Assembly (NCBI GenBank): GCA_048634225.1 | Contig: JAIWAT010000001.1 | Coordinates: 1 to 29,034, forward strand | Direction of reading: 5' to 3' | Length of the DNA: 29,034 bases | From: Anaerolineales bacterium | Lineage (GTDB): Archaea > Halobacteriota > Methanosarcinia > Methanosarcinales > Methanocomedenaceae | Part shown: positions 1-7,604 of the stretch, one piece after another | How the letters are laid out: each line of letters starts with the position of its first letter | Position numbering within the stretch: the first letter of the stretch is position 1 | The notes under the pieces: model-generated | Seen by the model: the letters and a program-made list of their open reading frames with translations, nothing else | Told to the model about the DNA's origin: nothing | Databases searched by the model: none | Made by a program: the position numbers and the translations under genes

Positions 1-1
1 G

Positions 2-253
2 TCATTACCCGAGTTTTCCAACAAAGACAGGAATGTAGTTTATTTTTACCTCAGTCATATTTACAATTTAAAGGAATATCCTGTTGAGATAAAAAGGGAC
101 AGTGCAACACTTAGGTACTATGATGAACAATTCAGCCAGGGGGAAAAAATGAATGAAGAAGAATATCAGAGATTGATAATTGGTGATATTAAAATGTCAG
201 TAACAAATAAGTGCAGATTATTAGGTTATCACTTCAAGAACAGAATTGTATGA
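2..253 (+). CDS. 5'-truncated hypothetical protein (runs off the window edge)
   Basis: Frame 2 is open from base 2 to TGA 251-253 (SLPEFSNKDRNVVYFY...HFKNRIV*). Its stop overlaps the ATG at 250 (ATGA coupling). Not in the ORF track. Confidence 0.4.
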   Translation, partial: SLPEFSNKDRNVVYFYLSHIYNLKEYPVEIKRDSATLRYYDEQFSQGEKMNEEEYQRLIIGDIKMSVTNKCRLLGYHFKNRIV

Positions 254-393
254 TTACTGATACTGAAACCAATTTGCTGTATTTATCAAATAAATTGGAA
301 CAGGACTATTATGAATTTTACATTCGTCTTATTCCACTACTGGATAAGTTGGATATAAAATATGATTTTCTGCCATACATTCAAGTAAATTAA
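250..393 (+). pseudogene. Truncated N-terminus resembling agmatine deiminase / PPAD-like family proteins
   Basis: MITDTETNLLYLSNKL...LDKLDIKYDFLP resembles the recalled MITDxxTNxxYxSxxL...FLP start of that family. The ORF stops after 47 aa where it meets the glnE fragment. Confidence 0.3.
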
Positions 394-628
394 CAGTATT
401 TTGTATTCGTAATGATTTAATTTCACCGCCGTGCAGAAGTTGCAGGTATTGAGTAATGAATTCTACATCAACCATCCCGCCACGACCAGTCTTGATATTG
501 AACCGATCATCACGCTCCCGGGCATTTTCCTGTTCCATTCTCTGCCGCAAGCGATAAATTTCTGACTGTAAATTTTCTGGAACCGGACGCTCAAAAGTCA
601 GCCTGGAGATAACCTGCTGCAGCTGATC
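350..628 (-). pseudogene. glnE: Internal fragment of bacterial glutamine synthetase adenylyltransferase (GlnE); left boundary approximate
   Basis: EIYRLRQRMEQE...FNIKTGRGGMVDVEFITQYLQLLHG matches the recalled GlnE signature (K.G.GG..D.EF..QYLQL). The segment is visibly more GC-rich than its flanks. Confidence 0.7.
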
Positions 629-751
629 AGTAAATTCAGTTGGTCCATTTAATAAGGGCAAACCCAGTCCTTTGTCATTGCATTCCTCTCCTTTTGGAGA
701 CTGCCCCATCATAATTTCTGCAATATCATTAATGGTTGCGTTAAATATCAT
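629..751 (-). pseudogene. hsdS: N-terminal 41 codons of a type I R-M specificity subunit, fused in frame to the glnE fragment
   Basis: DIAEIMMGQSPKGEECN...GLPLLNGPTEF is a typical HsdS TRD start. It lies downstream of hsdM on the same strand and is coupled to the upstream ORF by an ATGA overlap at 748-751. Confidence 0.7.
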
Positions 752-1371
752 AACCCAACCCCGCCAGTTTTATAAATATAAAATTCACCATTTCTTTTGT
801 TCCAACAATTAAAAACAGGAAGGTCATCAAAATTCGGATAACTTTCGCGAGAGCCCCATTCAATTACATAATTATCTTCAAGCTTATATTTCCGTAAAAA
901 TCCAAGAAGCGGATTATACTGTATTGTCAGAATCAAATCAATTTTTAGTGTCTTTTTCGGAATTCTCTTTGTAGTATTCCCCTCTTTTATCTCTTCAAAT
1001 ATATCTGGATATATTTTCAATATCTCTCCGCTTTTTAAGAGAATTTTTGTTGCTTCTTTAGGATTTAGATGACTCAACATCTTCTCTTTTTTTGGTACAG
1101 AATTACCATTGAAATTAAATTTGCACTCTATGCTTATGTCTCTAGCAATATTATTAGAATCGTTGGTTATAGCAAGGTAAAGAGTGCCTGCTTCCAAAAC
1201 ATCTGGTCGATCTGTAACCTCTTTATCTCTTGGAATTATTTTTGTGATAATTAATGGTTTTCTAGAATCCCTTAACTGAAAAAAAATAAAGGAAATTAAG
1301 ATTACATTGAAAACAGCCATTATCACACTTGAATAACTTACAAGCAAATTTAATATATACATTATAGTCAC
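748..1371 (-). CDS. Hypothetical protein with an N-terminal transmembrane helix
   Basis: 207-aa ORF with a hydrophobic stretch (VIMAVFNVILISFIFFQL); co-oriented with and coupled to hsdS. Confidence 0.7.
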   Translation of the reverse strand: MTIMYILNLLVSYSSVIMAVFNVILISFIFFQLRDSRKPLIITKIIPRDKEVTDRPDVLEAGTLYLAITNDSNNIARDISIECKFNFNGNSVPKKEKMLSHLNPKEATKILLKSGEILKIYPDIFEEIKEGNTTKRIPKKTLKIDLILTIQYNPLLGFLRKYKLEDNYVIEWGSRESYPNFDDLPVFNCWNKRNGEFYIYKTGGVGL

Positions 1372-1426
1372 TATAAGTTGCCCTCCAAGCCTTCAAATGC
1401 TTTTTTAATATATTTCGTATTCATTG

Positions 1427-1882
1427 TCATCCCTCAACCACTTCCCAGTAGCCGCCCCTATCAGCACCGACACGTCGTAGCACACCTTTTCTTTTTAATA
1501 AAGTTATATTATATTCCACGGATTTTTTTGTTAACTCTCCTTTTGTTGACATCTCCTGTTTACTTATCTTTGGATCATCTTTAATCAACCTCAAGATGAT
1601 GTTTTCTTTTTCAGAAAGTTTTTCTACCCCCTTTTCTCCGACCTTTTCCATAGTTTTCTCCGAAGCTTTGGTGATCTTAACCAACGGTGACGCAATCTTG
1701 TAGAAATCAACCACGTTCAAGCTTACCGGCTCATTTTCATAATAAGCCTTCCAGCCATTTGTATTCGAAAATGCACTGACCGTTTCAAAACTGCTTTTTG
1801 GAATAGAAGTCTTTGCCTCTTTCACCTCAAAATCTTCCAACTCAAGTTCTTCCAACCTTTCAAACAATTCCTTCTGATCCAT
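1427..1882 (-). CDS. Internally deleted paralog of the Schlafen/AlbA_2 protein (N-terminal 43 aa joined to linker and wHTH)
   Basis: First 43 aa are nearly identical to ORF 2023-3519, then the sequence jumps in frame to WKAYYE (W368 of the full copy). Both genes end WEVVEG. The AAGGAG RBS is retained. Confidence 0.8.
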   Translation of the reverse strand: MDQKELFERLEELELEDFEVKEAKTSIPKSSFETVSAFSNTNGWKAYYENEPVSLNVVDFYKIASPLVKITKASEKTMEKVGEKGVEKLSEKENIILRLIKDDPKISKQEMSTKGELTKKSVEYNITLLKRKGVLRRVGADRGGYWEVVEG

Positions 1883-1969
1883 TTTTAGAATTACTCCTTC
1901 TTAGACGACCTATTTGAATCAAGCATCAAATCCCAATCCCGCCAGATTCTGTTTAATCTGCGCTTCCAG
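1883..1969 (-). repeat. Diverged duplicate of the hsdM 3' end plus downstream spacer (homologous to 3520-3607)
   Basis: 1919-1969 encodes LEAQIKQNLAGLGFDA* versus hsdM LEVQIRQNLAGLGFDV*. The spacer motif AATTACTCCTT.TTAGACGACC is present in both copies. Confidence 0.9.
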
Positions 1970-2022
1970 CCCGTTCACCCCTTATCCAAATACACAATCA
2001 GCAAAATGTTTTGTCTGCTCCT

Positions 2023-3519
2023 TCATCCCTCAACCACTTCCCATGTGCCTGCTTTTGTCGAACCGATCCTTTTCAACAAACCTTCATCCTTCAATTTTTT
2101 GATGTGCCATTCAACGCCTTTGGCTGTTATACCTGTCAATTCAGCCAGTTCACCAGTTGTTATATGAGGAGTTTGTGATATAATAACAATTATTTTCTCC
2201 CTAGTTTTCTCCCTAGTTTTCTCCCTGGTTTCTTCCCTAGTTTCTTCCCTAGTTTCTTCCCTAGTTTTCTCTGATTTGGTGTCCTTTATAGTGTCCCTTT
2301 CACCGACCTTCTCCCTAGTTTCCCCCGAAGCTTCACCGATCTTAACCAACGGAAACGTAATCTTATAGAAATCAATTCCACCGGAAACCACTGGTTCATC
2401 TTCATAATAAGCCTTCCAGCCATTGAACATCTTATCAAAACCGGAACCCGCATTCTCAGACAGCTTGATCACCCTGAAAATCCTTGTAATAATGGAGTTT
2501 CTTGGCATCGTGAAATCTTCTTTCATGATAGATTCAATATCCTTGGGCAGACTGCCCGGATTCAAAAACTCGATCCTGTCAAGGAACACCCTGATCCTTG
2601 GTTTCATTGGGCTGAAATAATCGGAATGCATCAAAAGATTCACAAGTGCTTCGCGTATCGCAATAAGCTGGGGCTGGTCATCAGTCGCAAACCCGTCCGC
2701 CCTCAATGTAAAAGGCAGATCGATCTTCTTCATCAGGCGTTCAAATATGCTGAAATAGAACCTGAATAGATTCTCTTCCTCATAAAGCCTGTAATTATAA
2801 CGGGTCGGTGCATCAGAATAAGACGTACCCATAATCTCCAGGTAATCAACCCTGAAATCAGTAAGCAGGCGATTAATATTATCCTCATTTCCAAAAACCA
2901 GAAGACCTCCGATCGTAACCCTGCCATCAACCACAACCTGCAACTTTTCAAGTAGCTGCTCGGTTGACAATTTATTATACCTATGCCCCGGATTCATATT
3001 CTCCATATAGGTTCTGTAATCAGTGATCGTTTTCTCGTCCAGATCATCAACCGTAAAATCCGTCAGTTCCTTATCCTTAAAACCAAAAGCAGAATCCCTG
3101 TACAATGCATCAATCTCTGCATCCGTTGCCCGCTGGTCTCCGCTGCCGGTTCTTATAAAAGTGTTTTTTCTTGAATTGAAATAAACAGGTTTCTGCTCAG
3201 ATGCAGGAACATAAAAAGCAAGAACGATCTTTTCATCAAGATTGTACCTCAAACATCTAACCCTGATCTTTTGATTGAACTTATCCCCTCTAAGAACAGT
3301 TGTGAAATCCTGCTCGATCTTTTCAGCATCCTCAACACCACTGATCTTGAATGTCTTATCAACTTGACTCACACCAAAAACAAGCCAGCCACCATTTGTA
3401 TTTGAAAATGCACTGACCGTTTCAAAACTGCTTTTGGGAATGGAAGTCTTCGCCTTTTTCACCTCAAAATCTTCCCATTCAAGTTCTTCCAACCTGTCAA
3501 ACAGTTCCTTCAGATCCAT
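2023..3519 (-). CDS. Schlafen/AlbA_2 domain + RecG-C/HATPase_c_4-like domain + C-terminal winged HTH protein
   Basis: EWEDFEVK (ExxxxExK) and SAFSNTNGGWLVFGV mark AlbA_2. IREALVNLLMHSDY, IEFLNPGSL, RNSIITRIFR and ENAGSGFDKM mark the HATPase_c_4-like domain. The C-terminus is a wHTH. Confidence 0.85.
   Translation of the reverse strand: MDLKELFDRLEELEWEDFEVKKAKTSIPKSSFETVSAFSNTNGGWLVFGVSQVDKTFKISGVEDAEKIEQDFTTVLRGDKFNQKIRVRCLRYNLDEKIVLAFYVPASEQKPVYFNSRKNTFIRTGSGDQRATDAEIDALYRDSAFGFKDKELTDFTVDDLDEKTITDYRTYMENMNPGHRYNKLSTEQLLEKLQVVVDGRVTIGGLLVFGNEDNINRLLTDFRVDYLEIMGTSYSDAPTRYNYRLYEEENLFRFYFSIFERLMKKIDLPFTLRADGFATDDQPQLIAIREALVNLLMHSDYFSPMKPRIRVFLDRIEFLNPGSLPKDIESIMKEDFTMPRNSIITRIFRVIKLSENAGSGFDKMFNGWKAYYEDEPVVSGGIDFYKITFPLVKIGEASGETREKVGERDTIKDTKSEKTREETREETREETREKTREKTREKIIVIISQTPHITTGELAELTGITAKGVEWHIKKLKDEGLLKRIGSTKAGTWEVVEG
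2193..2264. repeat. In-frame 12-bp tandem repeat, 6 copies, encoding (K/E)TRE
   Basis: TTTTCTCCCTAG x2, TTTTCTCCCTGG, TTTCTTCCCTAG x3, then a partial 7th unit. Confidence 0.95.
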
Positions 3520-3556
3520 AATCTTAATTACTCCTTATTAGACGACCCAATCCGGA

Positions 3557-5287
3557 TCAAACATCAAATCCCAACCCCGCAAGATTCTGCCTAATCTGCA
3601 CTTCAAGTTTGTCACTTTCTTCAAACTGCGCTTTCAACTTGCTTGTGAATGTGGCCATTTTCTCAGCAAACGGAATACCATCATCAACTTCTGCTTCCAC
3701 GCCCACATAACGACCCGGGGTTAGCACGAAGTCGTGTTTTTGAATCGCCGCCAGATCAGCCGAAAAGCTAAAGCCTGCCTGATTATTCTCCTCTGACCAT
3801 TCCCGTTGCCAATCGTGGAAGGTATTTGTGATCTGCTGCGTATCTTCATCCTTAAAATCCCGCAGTACACGATCTTTCATATAACCCAAATTGCGCGCGT
3901 CGATAAACAACACTTCACCACGCCGGTCTCTTTTACCGTCCTTTGCACTCTTATCCTTGGTCAAAAACCAGATACAAGCAGGAATTTGGGTATTGGTGAA
4001 CAATTGCCCCGGTAGCGCCACCATACACTCTACCAAGTCCTCCTCGACCAGAGTTCTGCGAATCCCGCCTTCGTTGTTGGTATTACTGCTCATGGAACCG
4101 TTGGCCAATAACAGCGCCATACTGCCAGTAGGAGCAAGGTGGTGCAACATGTGCAACATCCAGGCAAAGTTGGCATTACCCTTTGGTGGGGTGAGGGTGC
4201 GTTTTTCGCCGTTGGTGTTAATCGTCCAGCGTACATCATCAGCCAGTTTTTCGTGCCACCACTCCTTCATATTAAAAGGTGGGTTTGCCATGACAAAATC
4301 GGCGCGCAGGTCGGGATGCTGGTCGTCTAAAAAACTATCTGCGTTCTTTTTGCCAAAGTTAAAATCGATACCGCGAATGGCCATGTTCATAGCAGCGAGC
4401 TTCCAGGTGGTGGGGTTGGATTCCTGCCCATATACGGAGATTTGTTTTTTCTGCTCGGCGGCGTCGTAGTGTTTAACCTTGGCATGTTCTTCAATGAACT
4501 TGTCACTGGAAACAAAAAAGCCACCGCTACCCATGGCAGGATCGTACACGCGGCCTTTGTATGGCTCCAGCATTTCTACTATCAAGGTAACAATGGATTT
4601 GGGCGTGTAATACTGGCCGCCCTGCTTACCTTCGGCAAGGGCAAATTGACCTAAGAAATATTCGTAAACATGGCCGAGAATGTCTTTGGATTTAAGATTG
4701 AGTTTTTCGCCCTTGTACTCTGGATTATGAAATCTGGTGGTGCTAAATTCATTGACCAGACCAATGAGTTTGTCGGCATCCAACTGGTATTGGCTGATGC
4801 GGTTGAGAATACCTTTGAGTTTTGGGTTGGCTTTTTCGATTTCGTCAAAAGCGTTATCCATCAGCCATGACACCGAGCGCAGTTTAACGTCTTCGCCATG
4901 TTCGTCTTGCCAGATCACGCTGTTGGTGGGAAGAGTAGCTTTTTCTTTCAGGGTGTTCCAACGGGCGGTTTTGGGTACCCAAAATACGTTTTTTTCGGCG
5001 TAGTAATCATTAATTTCCAGCTCGGCTGCTATGGCTTGTTGGTACTCCTCATCGCTGTCGTAATCCTCACGGGGCAGGTAATAGATGTTATCGTCATCAT
5101 CTTTTCGAAACAGCTCAATTAGCTCTTTCTGTCGCTCTTCGAAGGCATCGGACACGTATTTGAGGAAAATCAGCCCTAACACCACGTGTTTGTAGTTAGC
5201 AGCATCCAGGTTAGAGCGCAGTTTGTCGGCGGCCTTCCAGAGTTGGGCGTCGAGTTCGTTTAAGAATTGCTGTTCAATATTTTTCAT
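3557..5287 (-). CDS. hsdM: Type I restriction-modification N6-adenine methyltransferase subunit M
   Basis: LWKAADKLRSN N-terminus, GQYYTP, VYDPAMGSGGFF (SAM binding), ANPPFN (catalytic), and LTPGRYVG. Confidence 0.97.
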   Translation of the reverse strand: MKNIEQQFLNELDAQLWKAADKLRSNLDAANYKHVVLGLIFLKYVSDAFEERQKELIELFRKDDDDNIYYLPREDYDSDEEYQQAIAAELEINDYYAEKNVFWVPKTARWNTLKEKATLPTNSVIWQDEHGEDVKLRSVSWLMDNAFDEIEKANPKLKGILNRISQYQLDADKLIGLVNEFSTTRFHNPEYKGEKLNLKSKDILGHVYEYFLGQFALAEGKQGGQYYTPKSIVTLIVEMLEPYKGRVYDPAMGSGGFFVSSDKFIEEHAKVKHYDAAEQKKQISVYGQESNPTTWKLAAMNMAIRGIDFNFGKKNADSFLDDQHPDLRADFVMANPPFNMKEWWHEKLADDVRWTINTNGEKRTLTPPKGNANFAWMLHMLHHLAPTGSMALLLANGSMSSNTNNEGGIRRTLVEEDLVECMVALPGQLFTNTQIPACIWFLTKDKSAKDGKRDRRGEVLFIDARNLGYMKDRVLRDFKDEDTQQITNTFHDWQREWSEENNQAGFSFSADLAAIQKHDFVLTPGRYVGVEAEVDDGIPFAEKMATFTSKLKAQFEESDKLEVQIRQNLAGLGFDV

Positions 5288-5407
5288 TATTAGTGACTTC
5301 CATTATTCAATTTACTGCACTGATGCCTGTGCCCTTTCCATGCGATTCAGGTGTCCGGTTTTATGCACTGGGGATGTACCGCAGCTACATGAAATAATGC
5401 TAAAAAA

Positions 5408-6343
5408 TTATTTTAGTAGCTTATTAATATGTTGTCCAAAAACGGTTTGAAATTTTTCTGCGGTAATCATTAACCAATCAAAATATTGATCCCATTTTTC
5501 CTTTTGGTTAATATCTGCATCATTTGATAATTTAATTCTACTAGCTTTTTTCCCGTCAAGAGCCATCCATTCTAATTCTGCTTGTAATTCTTCCTCTATT
5601 TTATTTTTATTAGTTTCTAATTCGTAATAAAGGTCTTTGGAATCTGGAATATATATTTCACAGGCCATTAAATTTGTTTGACTATTAGTTGTTAATGAAA
5701 TATACGCCTTCGAGTTCCCAATACTAATATCATACCAATGTTGAGGATATGCTTTTCTTAATTTTAGTTGTGATGACTTATTTTGAGCATATTCTTTAAA
5801 TTGATTCCAAAAATCTAATTGCAAGACTTTGGTTTCTGTAAGATTTGATTGTCTAGTTGATTTCTTAACAGCTTTTGCCCAATCATTAGGTTTGGAAATA
5901 ATATTGAATTTTGGCGCACATGGGGAATTACCTATTTGCCATAATTCCATTTTTATTGCAAAAAAATTAACTTTTTCATCTGTATGTTCATTTAGCCAAT
6001 CAATTGCTTGTTTATGCTCATCTCTAACATCTTTTACAATCCAAATTATTATTTCAGCATCATAACCTGAAGCATAAGTAATCGTTTTACCTAAATGATC
6101 ATGATCAGTTACTTCCAGTTGATTTTCTATTACGATTTTTTTACCTGTATTCTCTTCTTCAGCTAATATATCTACATTAAATTTTCCTACACTTGCTTCA
6201 GTTTCTATTAATAAAATATCAATGCCAATTTCATCACTCAATAAAGCAAGATTTTCTTTTTCTGATAACCACGTTGTAAAATCAATTGCTTCATGATTCC
6301 ACACCTTTCTTAAGTCGACTTTTTTTAGTGTCTCTAATTGCAT
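5408..6343 (-). CDS. DUF4268-domain protein with an N-terminal PD-(D/E)xK (NucS/EndoMS-like) nuclease domain
   Basis: LRKVWNHEAIDFTTWL, VDILAEE...IVIENQL...DHDHLGKTITYA, and a C-terminal PQHWYDISIG...KASRI region. Confidence 0.8.
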   Translation of the reverse strand: MQLETLKKVDLRKVWNHEAIDFTTWLSEKENLALLSDEIGIDILLIETEASVGKFNVDILAEEENTGKKIVIENQLEVTDHDHLGKTITYASGYDAEIIIWIVKDVRDEHKQAIDWLNEHTDEKVNFFAIKMELWQIGNSPCAPKFNIISKPNDWAKAVKKSTRQSNLTETKVLQLDFWNQFKEYAQNKSSQLKLRKAYPQHWYDISIGNSKAYISLTTNSQTNLMACEIYIPDSKDLYYELETNKNKIEEELQAELEWMALDGKKASRIKLSNDADINQKEKWDQYFDWLMITAEKFQTVFGQHINKLLK

Positions 6344-6363
6344 GATTAAATTTTATGATTACA

Positions 6364-6381
6364 TTGTATAAATCTTTTTTG
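6364..6381 (-). promoter_or_regulatory. Putative BRE/TATA promoter of the DUF4268-hsd unit (leaderless mRNA)
   Basis: Minus strand reads AAAAAAGATTTATACAAT; TTTATA lies about 24 nt upstream of the ATG at 6343. Confidence 0.5.
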
Positions 6382-6449
6382 GATTTACTGTAATATTTCA
6401 AAACGGAAAAACTATGCAAATATTTTTAATATTCTAATAAATGGAAGCT

Positions 6450-6517
6450 AACTGCCGATGAACACAAATAAACGCAGATACAACCAAATCCGCATTCATC
6501 TGAGTGTATCTGCGGTT
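6450..6517. repeat. Hairpin A: imperfect inverted repeat, 30-nt arms built of three ~10-nt subrepeats, AAC...GTT termini
   Basis: AACTGCCGAT GAACACAAAT AAACGCAGAT [8-nt loop] ATCCGCATTC ATCTGAGTGT ATCTGCGGTT. Confidence 0.8.
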
Positions 6518-6524
6518 AACATTG

Positions 6525-6620
6525 AAATGCTTCCAGCCCCCCTCTCGCCTCCACTCTGCCCAGGTGCCCGTCCCGCTCAGCTCCGCCCGCCCTTGTGGTG
6601 TGGGGGCTGGCAGGCGCTTT
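6525..6620 (+). repeat. GC-rich direct repeat R1 (copy 1)
   Basis: Aligns with 7312-7417 (shared CCCCCTCTCGCCT, GGTGCCCGTCCCGCTC, TGGTGTGGGGG.TGGCAGGCGCTTT). Has an internal inverted repeat CCAGCCCCC / GGGGGCTGG. Confidence 0.9.
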
Positions 6621-6760
6621 TTCGGTGTCTTATATATAAATACGAATTAGTGTCTGGACTTCTGCATGAATATAGTAAATGAATATTTCAATATATTTGA
6701 GAACCAAAAAGATAAATAATTTAAACTCTGTTATTTCATTGAAAATTGGAATTGATTTGA

Positions 6761-6895
6761 ATGGGTAAAATAGAATCTCGTGAAAACGAGCCAAAAGACA
6801 AGAAAGCCGGTGTTTTGACAAATGAAGAGAAAAGACACCTCGAAGATAGCATGCACCATAATGACAAGCTTATGAGACAATTAGCACACATGTAG
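6761..6895 (+). CDS. Unannotated 44-aa peptide, candidate Doc antitoxin
   Basis: MGKIESRENEPKDKKAGVLTNEEKRHLEDSMHHNDKLMRQLAHM*. The C-terminal amphipathic helix ending in L..LA resembles Doc-neutralising antitoxin tails. It overlaps the doc 3' end by 15 nt. Below the ORF-track cutoff. Confidence 0.55.
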   Translation: MGKIESRENEPKDKKAGVLTNEEKRHLEDSMHHNDKLMRQLAHM

Positions 6896-7252
6896 TGGAC
6901 GGACTTTTTCTCTCAACCATTTTTCAATTTCTTCAACTGAACATTTATATTCAGCAATTTTAATAAGTGCTTGAAGTATTTCTTTATCATTTGCATGGAT
7001 ATGCATTCCTTCTTGCCTAAGTAGAATATCTGCAACTTGGAAACCAGTTCTCTTATTCCCATCCATAAATGGGTGACCAATGATTATGCTATGCATTACT
7101 AACGATGCTTTTTTAAGTACATCATTTTCTTTTATAAACAAATAAATAAGATATTCAATACTTCCTAAATTTAGGATTCCATTAAGGCCTCCATATTTTT
7201 CTATGACTTCATTATGAATCTCTATAATTTTCTGTGCAGTTAATTCACTCAT
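6881..7252 (-). CDS. doc: Death-on-curing (Doc/Fic) family toxin
   Basis: HPFMDGNKRTG Doc motif; IIEIHNEVIEKYGG N-terminus; 123 aa. Confidence 0.9.
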   Translation of the reverse strand: MSELTAQKIIEIHNEVIEKYGGLNGILNLGSIEYLIYLFIKENDVLKKASLVMHSIIIGHPFMDGNKRTGFQVADILLRQEGMHIHANDKEILQALIKIAEYKCSVEEIEKWLREKVRPLHVC

Positions 7253-7311
7253 TCAAATAACAAATACTCTTAAATGGAATTATAGGTTTTGTTAATGTTC
7301 CAAATTGTCTA

Positions 7312-7417
7312 AAATGCTCCACTCCTTCCGCCCCCTCTCGCCTTCACTCTACCCGGGTGCCCGTCCCGCTCTGCTCCACCCTGCCGCCCTTTTGGTGTGG
7401 GGGTTGGCAGGCGCTTT
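7312..7417 (+). repeat. GC-rich direct repeat R2 (copy 2)
   Basis: Second copy of R1 with small indels; both start AAATGCT and end GGCAGGCGCTTT. Confidence 0.9.
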
Positions 7418-7541
7418 AATAGTGCCACGTGGATGCATGGGTATCCGGTGGTTCGGGGGTGCGAAGTGGATGTTATGTTAGTTAGCTGCCGGTGACAGTT
7501 GAAATATATAATAAAAGATATGCATGTGGCTATCCCTACCC

Positions 7542-7576
7542 CTGCCACCGCAGCCCGTTAGGGCGGCAGGTGGCAG
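7542..7576. repeat. GC-rich hairpin with a bulge and a mismatch (REP-like)
   Basis: CTGCCACC GCAGCCC [GTTA] GGGCGGC A GGTGGCAG. Confidence 0.7.
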
Positions 7577-7604
7577 CCAACCTTGTGGATTTGTGTAAAC
7601 TTTG

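Noticed and set aside
625-628. GATC at the hsdS/glnE junction as proof of a restriction-ligation chimera
   Set aside because: GATC is frequent by chance and no matching site is seen at the other junction; suggestive only.
6458-6682. ORFs 6458-6682, 7309-7548 and 7536-7850
   Set aside because: They translate through the palindromic and direct repeats; the low-complexity products are most simply repeat artefacts.
7428-7500. GC-rich stretch GGTTCGGGGGTGCGAAG, vaguely like IS200/IS605 end sequences
   Set aside because: No convincing stem or second copy in the window; too weak to call.
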